This document shows, piece by piece, positions 52,086 through 64,000 of a stretch of DNA of 64,000 bases (the stretch's first letter is position 1; each line of letters opens with the position of its first letter). Origin of the DNA: Octopus sinensis. Its lineage: Eukaryota. The notes under the pieces were generated by a model, which was not told the DNA's origin, did no database searches, and worked only from the letters and a program-made list of their open reading frames with translations. The position numbers and the translations under genes were made by a program. The stretch covers positions 30,826,464 through 30,890,463 of the forward strand of contig NC_043011.1 in assembly GCF_006345805.1 (NCBI RefSeq). The letters are read 5' to 3'.

Positions 52086-53617
52086 CATACATACATACAT
52101 ACATACATACATACATACGTACATACATACATACATACATGCATACAAACATACATACATACATTCGGCTTTTTCTCCCCAAAGTCTTTCTTAAGCCAAT
52201 ATTTAGATGCTATTACATATAACTTTATCTACTTCGGCTTTAACCATTAAAAACGAATTATTTCACACGAAATCTCACCAATATGCAGTTCTCACTTATA
52301 AGAACAAAGTATCGAAAATGGATGGAGAAATTTGAAAGATTATTTTGGTCCAATGGCAGAACGTCTATCATATTTGCAACACGTGTAGGTTCGAGACCCA
52401 AGAATAGAATTCATCCTTCCAAATGGTATTTTTAACCATAATTCTATTATTTACTGCTTAATGTTCTTCGGATTCAACCATTAACAACGAGCACACACAT
52501 ACACAGAAGCACATACTTATATGGCTTATTCACTAGCTCTTCCCAATATATGATTGATATCGAAAATTTAGCAATTTCACAGTGTATATTCACAAATATT
52601 CGTTCATAAATATCATGCGTAATTAATATTTGATAAATGTATTTCTTGTTTTTGTACAAATCTTTGTTGACATTATTTACATTATTTACACATGTCGGAT
52701 ATTTCTCCTCTTCTTGTATGTTGTTAACGTAACGTTTCGGCTGATATACCCTCCAGTCTTCATCGGTTTTAAGGAAGGATAGGAAAATAGTAGATTTACA
52801 AGCCCCAAAATCCAACCAGCCGAAACGTTATGTTAACAACAAACACGATGAGGACAAATACCCGTCAAAAGTAAATAATGTAAATAACGTACATAATTCC
52901 TTATTTCTAAAATGTAGAACTGAGCCGACATTACATTTCAATGGAGACACAGGGACACTTCAACAAAAACTAGCTCGTCTTTCAAACCATCTAACTTTCC
53001 AAGTATGGATTCAGGACGTCCGTATACACCACGAAGAAATTATCAAGCTCAATAACAATCTATTAAGCAACAACTACCCCAAAAACATATTATCCACTCC
53101 AGTTATGAAAAGAGAGAATGAAACCAATAAACTGTTCACAGTCTGTCTACCCTATGTGAAAGACCTCTCCGAAAAGATACAAAAGATATGTGGCCCATAT
53201 GACGTCAGGACAGTATTCAAGAGTAATACAACACTTCGCAAATATCTCCTTCGAGAAAAACACTCAACAGAAGAGAATATGACCAAACATTGCGTGTACT
53301 CCATCCCATGCAGCTGTGGCAGATTATATAAGGGCGAAACATGCTGCTCCTTCAAAGTAGGGATAGAGAAACATAGCAAAGCTGTGACACGAGGAGATTT
53401 TGATAAATCGGGTATAGCTGATCATGTATGGAAAAATGGAGACCACCTACCCCTGTGGGATGAAGTTAAAATGATAGACAGAGAACACATCTGGAAAATA
53501 CGAAGCAGCACATATGCTAGGACACAACAATCTCCTAAGCAGACCGAGTGCAGATATGAATAGCATAAGAAAATATTAGATTTATAAGCCCTAAAATTCA
53601 CTCCATAATTGCCCACA

Positions 53618-53690
53618 GGCATATGGCGTAGTGGATAAGTGTGCGGGCTACTAACCCCAAGATTCCGAGTTCGACTCCAGACAGTGACCT
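53618..53690 (+). promoter_or_regulatory. tRNA-derived head with internal Pol III promoter (A and B boxes)
   Basis: A box TGGCGTAGTGG at 53624-53634; B box GTTCGACTCC at 53669-53678; anticodon-loop-like CTACTAA. Acceptor stem does not pair, so this is not a tRNA gene. Confidence 0.75.
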
Positions 53691-53722
53691 GGATAATAAT
53701 AATAACATCAAAATTTCCCCGA

Positions 53723-53768
53723 GACACCTGATGAAGGCTGGAGGGTATATCAGCCGAAACGTTGTGTT
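53723..53768 (+). ncRNA. Minimal type I hammerhead ribozyme fold (canonical core; dimer-type stem III)
   Basis: GACAC-CTGATGA-A-GGCTG-gagggtatat-CAGCC-GAA-ACGT-T-GTGTT: stem I GACAC/GTGTT, stem II GGCTG/CAGCC, loopless palindromic stem III; predicted cut after 53763. Confidence 0.72.
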
Positions 53769-53986
53769 AACTACGCCATATGTCCGCGGGTAATTATGGA
53801 GTGAATTTTAGGGCTTATAAATCTAATGTTTTCTTATGCTATCTTGACTGATATCCGTCAAATGTAAATAATGTACATAATTCCACATCTCTTAAATATA
53901 GAACTGTAAAATCTGTTAACTTAACTCTCGATGTAAAGCAGAATTTTTCATAAAGTCTGTTGGAATAAACTGTTTACAAACAACTT

Positions 53987-54002
53987 TTCTTTGTCTTTCC
54001 AG
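53987..54002 (+). promoter_or_regulatory. Probable splice acceptor of a 5'UTR intron of GPCR2
   Basis: TTTTCTTTGTCTTTCCAG, 66 nt before the ATG; homologous to 32295-32310. Confidence 0.55.
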
Positions 54003-54067
54003 GAAGTACGAGGTCTACAATCGCAAATCATAACACTTTCCTCAAAGTTTCAAACAATATTAAGAAA

Positions 54068-55153
54068 ATGGAGCAAAACAACAGTGTCAACATTTGCGTT
54101 ATTATTTTAGAAGAACTAAATACTAAAATGGTGGATGTTTATTTTCCAGTGATAACGTATCTCGGAATTTCAATGGCACTTGGAGCAATTGGAAATTGCT
54201 TTGTATCATACATATACTATTATAAATTTGATGAGACAGCCATGCATATGTTCATTATAGCACTCTCGGTGTGTGATTTTCTAACTTGCATAATATGTAT
54301 ACCTATGGACATTGTAGTTCTACGTTTTCCCTATACATTTCACAGTGATGTTGCATGTCGTGTGATACGTGGTGTGATAGCTGCAGCAATAATCAATTCA
54401 GCTTTCATTGTGTTTGTTATAGCAGTCGATAGATACATTCTCATATGTCGACCCCTTAAGCAAAATATTTCCGTTAAGAATTCAAAAACAATTTTAGCAT
54501 GTTTAACAATCATCGCGTTCATTTTGTCTGCACCAGCATTTTTTGTATCCGGCACACAAAACAAAATGGTGGAACAATGTGGCGATATTGGAGGATTTTG
54601 TGCATTTTCTCCTTATATAAATGGCACAATAATTTTTTTTCCTTATTACACTGCTGCATCAACCGTTTGCTGTTGTATGTTTATCATTCTTTTCATTATA
54701 TACATATTAATTGGAATGCGCATTTGGAAAATTTACAAAGCGAAGAAAAATAAAGCAAATCAGTTTCGTGAAGCCTTCACAACTCCTAACATTTCCAAAC
54801 CTGAAGGTCAGTCTACAGATATTAGTTCTACCGCTTTTGCGCGTCTTAGAAGGGAACCAGTGCCACCAGCTTGGGCTAGTTTAATACTCTTCGTTATCAC
54901 CTTGATCTGGATTATCAGTTACATACCACATTTCATTGGAGTATACTGGAGGTTGTTTGTTGAAGATTTTGATGACGTTGCAAGTGATAAAGATCTAGTG
55001 ATTCACAAGTTTTTATTCTATTCTTCTTATCTCAGCTCTGCTCTTAACCCGTATATCTACGGGGTTTTCAATCGGCAGTTTCGGAATGAATTACTTGCTT
55101 TATTTCACAACATTTTCCAGCAATGTAAAAAACATAATATCGAAACTCATTGA
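54068..55153 (+). CDS. Orphan class A (rhodopsin-like) GPCR, 361 aa, intronless CDS (GPCR2)
   Basis: Paralog of GPCR1: GAIGN, LSVCD, AVDRYILICRP, ISYIP, LNPYIY, FRNEL; NNS sequon. Confidence 0.95.
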   Translation: MEQNNSVNICVIILEELNTKMVDVYFPVITYLGISMALGAIGNCFVSYIYYYKFDETAMHMFIIALSVCDFLTCIICIPMDIVVLRFPYTFHSDVACRVIRGVIAAAIINSAFIVFVIAVDRYILICRPLKQNISVKNSKTILACLTIIAFILSAPAFFVSGTQNKMVEQCGDIGGFCAFSPYINGTIIFFPYYTAASTVCCCMFIILFIIYILIGMRIWKIYKAKKNKANQFREAFTTPNISKPEGQSTDISSTAFARLRREPVPPAWASLILFVITLIWIISYIPHFIGVYWRLFVEDFDDVASDKDLVIHKFLFYSSYLSSALNPYIYGVFNRQFRNELLALFHNIFQQCKKHNIETH

Positions 55154-56311
55154 ATTCGTCACCTTATAGCTTATCCGCAAATGAAACATACCACTCGAAA
55201 TGAACACGGCAAGTTCTTCCCAGTTTCAAATATTCACCATGTAAAATAATTTTACCTAAACATTTAAGCGTTATATTAAAATAAATAAAACTATCAGAGT
55301 ATGTAACTACACTGAACTAATTAAAAGCTCTTTGGTGAGTACTGTGTGTCTGAATGTACATATATATAATTTATTTGTGAAGTAACATTGTTTCAATAGT
55401 ATCTTCTCAAAGGCGATTTTTCAAGCTCTGCCTTTTAGGATGCTGGTAATCGCATTCCATTTCAGATGGAACTGTATGTGCTTACACGAGACTTCAAAAT
55501 TAGTAGATACACACATTAGGGCATCATCACATTTAATTATTTCTTTCGATCAAATTTCTCTTGAGTTGGCCTTGCAATGTTGGGGTAATTAGCTTTCAAT
55601 ATCGCACGAATATTGTGATATTTGTGATAGCACGAATAAGAATACAAAAATACGTAAAAAGCAACAAAAACAGGACGTCACAGACAAGCGTCTTTTCGAC
55701 AGGACGAATATATATATATAATTCTGAGCTTACACTCATCAAATGAGCATGCTATGTACTTTAGTTTAAAACACTCACAGGAATCAAGTCTTACTGCTGT
55801 GGTAGATTCGCACGAAGAGTATCTCGGGAAAGTAACTAAAAACAAAAGGAAAATCTTACGTACAAGAAAGATAAATTATGCACGATTTGTAACTCCTAAT
55901 GCAAGCACGTGGAGTTATCTCCCTTGAATGAGTTTGCGTATCCAGTTGGAAGACCGAAAATTATTGTTTGAAGAATAAGAATGCAAAGTGGGATGCAGGG
56001 AGAAATGTGGAAAGAGGGGTTGGAATTAAGCTAGCAAGGAAGGAAGGAAAGAAGGAAGGAAGGATGGGAGGAGTATCACAATTGAAGACAACAATATTAA
56101 ATGGTTGAATGGCTGTCGGAATGTCGTCTCTGAGAAATGGAGAGAAAGGTGGAATTTATTCAAGAACTGCTCTTTCCTGCCTCTCCGACGCTGAACAAAG
56201 GCAATTATCTCGATCAGTGGTTCTCCACTAAAATATTATTAGTAAAGATTCTTTGCCGCTGCCTCTTTTTTGACGACATGACAAATTATAGTATGCATGT
56301 ATATAAATTGT

Positions 56312-56600
56312 GGAGGCACATGGCCTAGTGGTCAGAGCAGCGGACTCGCGGTCGAGGGATCACCGGTTCGAATCTCAGACCGTTTATGAGCGAAACAGCT
56401 AAGCACCACGCGGCTCCAGTAGAAGGTAATGGTGAGCTTCTGCTGACTCTTTCACCACAACTTTCTCTCACCCTTTTCTCCTGCATCTTGCAGCTCACCT
56501 GCGACGGACCGGCGTCCCGTCCAGGTGGGGAACCTATACGCCAATGAAACCGGGAAACCGACCCTTATGAGCCAGGCATGGCTCTTGAAGGAACAAACAT
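56312..56600 (+). mobile_element. SINE family 3 (duplicated copy of 39352-39640)
   Basis: Same TSD and flanks as 39352-39640. Confidence 0.88.
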
Positions 56601-56669
56601 GTATATAAATTATTCCTTCTTCTGGTAAGTTTAAAAGGCTCGATACCACTTTTATTTTATTAAATACAG

Positions 56670-57170
56670 TTTATCTACATACTTTTCAAACCTCGCAGGC
56701 TTTCCCGTCGGGACCACAGACTTTGAAGTAAAGATTCCATCTGGGTTTGAGAGGAAAATACCCGTCCACAGGAGCAAGCCACACCACTTCTTTTGCTATA
56801 TAGACCGGCAAGAGAAAAATGAACTGCCCTTTTTTGTCAAAGAAAGGTAGATCGTCGATTCCCACTATTGACTTGCTTCACAGCCGGATTCGTCCTACAT
56901 GAAACAAGTGTTCAACTTAAACCCAAGAGTCAGCAATGCTCAGGCACTGGACAAATGCATACAGAATAGTTTCGTGTCTCGACGTGCAGCTTCGCCAGGC
57001 CCGGTTACGTGGCACTTCCATGCTTGTAGAGTTTATCTCGAAATGGCAATGCCCTTCATCCAGTAAAAGGTAAAAGGTTTATGGGTCCCGCGTTGGAAAG
57101 TCCTCTGCAACGAACAAGCCATTGATCCACATTGGAGCCCAGAGTCCCGCCCAGAATGTTGCTACCGATG
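56670..57170 (-). mobile_element. L1/Tx1 fragment (duplicated copy of 39700-40200)
   Basis: Colinear near-identity with 39700-40200. Confidence 0.6.
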
Positions 57171-57325
57171 GTGCCGATGCTTCTATTGCTGCTGATACTG
57201 CTGGTGATTTTGTGAGCTTCTGTGTCTGGCCTATCATTTGTTCTTGCTGCGCCTATCGGTGTTGTTGATGTTGTTGTTGTTGTTGTTCTTGTTCTTGTTG
57301 TTGTTGTTGTTGTTGTTGTTGTTGC

Positions 57326-57389
<64 letters not shown>

Positions 57390-57589
57390 GCTGCTGCTGC
57401 TGCTGTTATTACTACTGATACTGCTACTAATACTTTTAATAAAGTCTGCAAAATTGTTTCAAAAACGTTGGCTATCAAAGATGATTTCATCCTCAAAACA
57501 TCTTCCTCTCTCCTCTCTTCTTGACTCGGAGACGAAAACGACGCCATTTTGAAGTCATTTTTGATATCTACAAAAATATCGTTCTGCAA

Positions 57590-58020
57590 AGATCCTGTGG
57601 GATTTTATGATTCAATGCGACCATGAGATAGAAAATAGGAAGCCAGCCATAGTCTTACTTGAGAAAGAAAGCAAACTATGCTGGATCATAGATATAGCAC
57701 GCCCAGCTGATGACAAGGTATGCGGTAAGGAAGAAAGAAAAGCTTGGGAGGTAAAGCAGTTATGGTCGATGAAAAAGGTGGTAGTGGTACCAGTAATTGT
57801 CGGAGCCCTGGGAACAGTGAGTAAAAATCTCGAGAAGTACATGGAACAAATAGGGGCTGCAATAAGGGTGGAACACTTGCAGGAAACAGCACTGCTTGTA
57901 ACCGCTCGAATACTCCCAAAGTTTCTCGAAAATTATATAAAATTTGTTAATTTAGTTCACAGGTAGTGAACAGCTGCCAATGTAATACATCTTTAGCGAT
58001 AGAAGCTATGCAAAAGCAAT
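57590..58020 (+). mobile_element. Dong/R4 family beta fragment (duplicated copy of 40560-40990)
   Basis: ORF 57607-57966 is nearly identical to 40578-40937. Confidence 0.8.
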
Positions 58021-58031
58021 GATTATAATAA

Positions 58032-58088
<57 letters not shown>

Positions 58089-58094
58089 AATAAT

Positions 58095-58565
58095 AAAGAC
58101 CAAAACAATAAAGTTTGCTTATTGATCGACATGAGCATACCCTGTGATCATAATATCTCAGCGAAAGAGTTTGACAAGCTCAGAAAATATAAAGACTTAC
58201 TCATTGAAATTGAGAAAATGTGGCACCTCAAGGCGGTTACAATACCAGTGATCGTAGGAGCACTAGGAATGATCAAGAAGGGAACCGAAAATTATATGAG
58301 AATGATCCCTGGCTTTCCATCCCTGCAAGAAGTGCAAAAGATTGCCTTAACTGGTACATCACACGTATTGAGAAGAGCATTGTCGATGTGAGAACTGTTG
58401 CTGTTCATGTATTTTAATTTAACTTTAAAAAAAAATTAAAAAATGAACGAACTATTGAGTTTGGTTTACTGGCCTACCAATGTATACTATGAGTTTCTTT
58501 GCCCTAGGAGTCGGGAAGACACTCGGCAAGAAATGGAAGCAAATTTGAAAAAAGAAAAAAAAAGT
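58095..58565 (+). mobile_element. Dong/R4 family alpha 3' fragment in (TAA)n
   Basis: LIDMSIPCDHNISAKEFDKLRKYKDL...RALS plus 3'UTR matching 4030-4495. Absent from the paralogous (TAA)n at 40990-41220. Confidence 0.92.
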
Positions 58566-61532
<2,967 letters not shown>

Positions 61533-61539
61533 GGACATA

Positions 61540-62824
61540 CGAGGGGCGTTCTATAAGTAATGCCCCTGATCCACTTCCCATAAGAGTAGAGCAACGAAAC
61601 TTGGCACAGTTATTAGTCTTTTTCTACATAGGAACCACCCAGAGTTACGCATTTCTCCCATCGTTTGATGCGGCTCTGGAGACCGTTTTTGTAGAAGAAC
61701 CCAGCTTGGTCCTCCAACCTCAACGTCACTTCAGAAATCAAGGCTGCATCATCTGGGAAACGCTTTCCTTTCAAAAACAACTTCATATTGGGAAGAGGTG
61801 AAAATCAGAGGGTGCAAGGTCAGGAAAGTAGGGGGGATGGGGAGGAGTTCATAGCCATACGCCTGTGCTACTAATCTGGCGACAAGCGAGTTGTGGACCG
61901 GAGCGTTGTCCTGCAGGAGGAGGATTCCTTTGCTGATCTTGCCCCGCCTCTTGATTTTGATAACTTCTCTTAATTTCCTCAAAAGTGAAGCATAATAGGC
62001 TCCTGCAATTGTGGTACCCTTTGCCAGGAAATCTGTCATCACTACTCCGTCCTGGTCCCAGAAGACTGTGAGCATGACCTTGCCAGCGGAGGGCTGCACC
62101 CTTGCCTTCTTTGGAGGGGGTGAGTCACGGTGCTTCCACTGCATTGACTGGGATTTGGTCTCTGGATCATCGTGATGGACCCAGGTTTCATTCTGTGTAA
62201 TCAGTCTTTTGAAAAATTTTGACTCATCTTCTTGGCACATCTCCAAATTCACCCTCGAGCACTTGACGCGTTCTTGCTTCTGGAAAGGCGTGAGCAACCT
62301 GGGAATCCATCTGGCAGACACCTTTTGCATATGCAAATGGTCATGAATGATAGTTTCCACAGACCCGGTACTAATCTTGACCTCATGGGCTATTTGGCGA
62401 ATAACTATGCGTCGATCTTCCAAAATGGCAGCCTCAACTTGACGGACAGATGCCTCATCAATGGCAGAAGGGGGCGACCAGCTCTGGGAGCTGTTTCCAC
62501 AGAGTTCCGACCATGTTTGAATTCACGATGCCAGCGTTTTACAAGGTCATATGATGGGGCATCATCACCATAAGTTACTTTCATTTCATCAAAAGTCTCC
62601 CGTGGTGTGCGTCCTTTCAAATACAAAAACCGGATCACTGCTCGACACTCAACAGGCTCCATTTCACACTTGACTCGGTTCAAACACCTGTAAATCAGAA
62701 ACCACAATTAATTCAGAGCTGTAATTTGCCACTTACTCTATAGAGACTAATTGCACATGCAAAATTGCAGCTAGATCAAACAACTGCAAGTGGGTCAGAG
62801 GCATTACTTATTGAACGTCCCTCG
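61540..62824 (-). mobile_element. Full-length mariner (DD34D) transposon, 1285 bp, with TA target duplication
   Basis: ~39-bp imperfect TIRs (CGAGGGGCGTTCTATAAGTAATGCCCCTGATCCACTTCC vs CGAGGGACGTTCAATAAGTAATGCCTCTGACCCACTTGC); TA at 61538-61539 and 62825-62826. Confidence 0.96.
61613..62662 (-). pseudogene. Mariner transposase pseudogene
   Basis: MEPVECRAVIRFL..KG...WHREFK.GR...GRP; WIPRLLT; TQNETW (first catalytic D changed to N); KVMLTVFWD; LQDNAPVH; SDFHLF. Two frameshifts. Confidence 0.92.
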
Positions 62825-62901
<77 letters not shown>

Positions 62902-64000
62902 GAGATTCAGATGAATTAGGTACTTAAGCTGAAGCACCAAACATTAGTGCGGTACTATCCGTACAACCTCAAAATAAGTGAATGAAATCAAAAAAAGCAA
63001 CAGGATATCCAGAGCTGATGCAGTACGACCGTTTCAAGCGGCTCCTTTTAATTGAACAATGCAATCATTACATCATTTTAAATGCAGGGCTACTCTCAGC
63101 TGCATAAATAAATAAATAGAATTTTTTAATCAGTCGGACACATTAATATAATTTTGCTTAAATACTCTAATAGAGTAAGAAGACATCAGGAAAAAAAAAT
63201 TGTTTGGGTCATAGCGTGTCACTGATTTTGGTTCAGTTTTAATTTATTAGTCTTGTTTATCAAATCTAAAACTAGAGAATTGTGTCTATTAGGAAAAGGC
63301 AGGAAAGAGTTGACAGAACATAGTGGGTATAGTCATAAAACTTGTCAAGATTATTTTGAAGTAGTATAAAGTAACTGGCTATAATGAGGTTGGCTAGTGT
63401 AAGATCTCAAAACAAGATGTTAATTACCAGTTAAAAGGGCAAGACGCTAATAAAACCAATAATGATAAAACAGAGGAAATTTTGTCATGGGGTACGATAG
63501 GAGATTAATTTAAACAATATTGTTATGTTGTATAAAGATAAAATTTAGGGTTATCAAGAAAAATATTATAACCAAATGATAAATTTTGAATAATTTTGAA
63601 TGCATACAAAATTTTCAACAACGGAGAGAAAAAATTTATCTGTGGAATAACACTGCCTTCAATGGTGTCATGTCAAACATTGCTTTTAGGATGTTGGTAA
63701 ACGCGTCAATTTTGGATGCGAATACATGTGCATACACGAGCATATACGAGACTTCAAATTTAGTAGATAAACACATTTGGGGCATCATCTCATTTAGTGA
63801 TTTCTGTCTTCCTGATTTCCTTTGCGTTAGCCTTGCTATGTTGGGATAATTAGCTTTCAGTATTGATTAAATGCATAATACGTGAATATTCACGCGTACC
63901 GAAATATGAAAATACAAAAATATTGAAACGTATACTATTGAATGCAACATGTAGCACACACCGCATTTTGTAGATATAAGTACTTGAGTATCGTATAATT

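Larger units (their letters stand above)
52673..53906 (+). mobile_element. Penelope-like element: inverted and direct terminal-repeat pieces flanking a degenerate GIY-YIG endonuclease
   Basis: ORF 53105-53563 reads LPYVKDLSEKI...VYSIPCSCGRLYKGET...SGIADHVW...LW. Terminal repeat (CAGCCGAAACGTT.TGTTAAC...GTAAATAATGT...TAGAACTG) occurs at 52817-52921 (+), 53750-53906 (+) and 52673-52765 (-). Confidence 0.85.

Noticed and set aside
53618-53690. Functional tRNA gene (also SINE heads at 9290-9355, 26735-26806, 39352 and 56312)
   Set aside because: Acceptor and anticodon stems do not pair fully, and each head continues into repeat body sequence.
57056-57589. 177-aa Thr-rich ORF (and 40144-40422) as a host gene
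   Set aside because: Built on (CAA/CAG)n fused to an off-frame Tx1 fragment; the paralog has an in-frame stop.

Overview
AT-rich, microsatellite-dense eukaryotic genomic DNA. The SINE, LINE and microsatellite content is typical of a cephalopod (Octopus-like) genome; this is an inference, as no database search was run. The only intact host genes are two paralogous class A (rhodopsin-like) GPCRs with single-exon coding regions, at 32397-33491 and 54068-55153 (+). Three decayed copies of the same family lie at about 21.0, 36.5 and 44.5 kb, so the window is a tandem GPCR array undergoing birth-and-death through nested segmental duplications. The rest is transposon-derived: (TAA)n-targeting Dong/R4 LINE fragments, CR1, RTE and L1/Tx1 fragments, two Penelope-like element (PLE) remnants with GIY-YIG domains, a full-length mariner, a DD37D maT fragment, Helentron-like non-autonomous elements and at least four tRNA-derived SINE families. 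The most unusual signals are: (i) several minimal hammerhead-ribozyme folds, one directly downstream of a tRNA-like Pol III promoter inside a PLE terminus just upstream of GPCR2, and one with a compensatory U3-A8 core pair; (ii) a ~290-bp-arm near-perfect palindrome; (iii) an orphan ~555-bp non-coding element sitting in (TAA)n; (iv) a circularly permuted ~0.85-kb repeat unit. Coordinates were read by eye. Boundaries of degenerate repeats are approximate (about +/-20 bp), and family names come from motif recognition.
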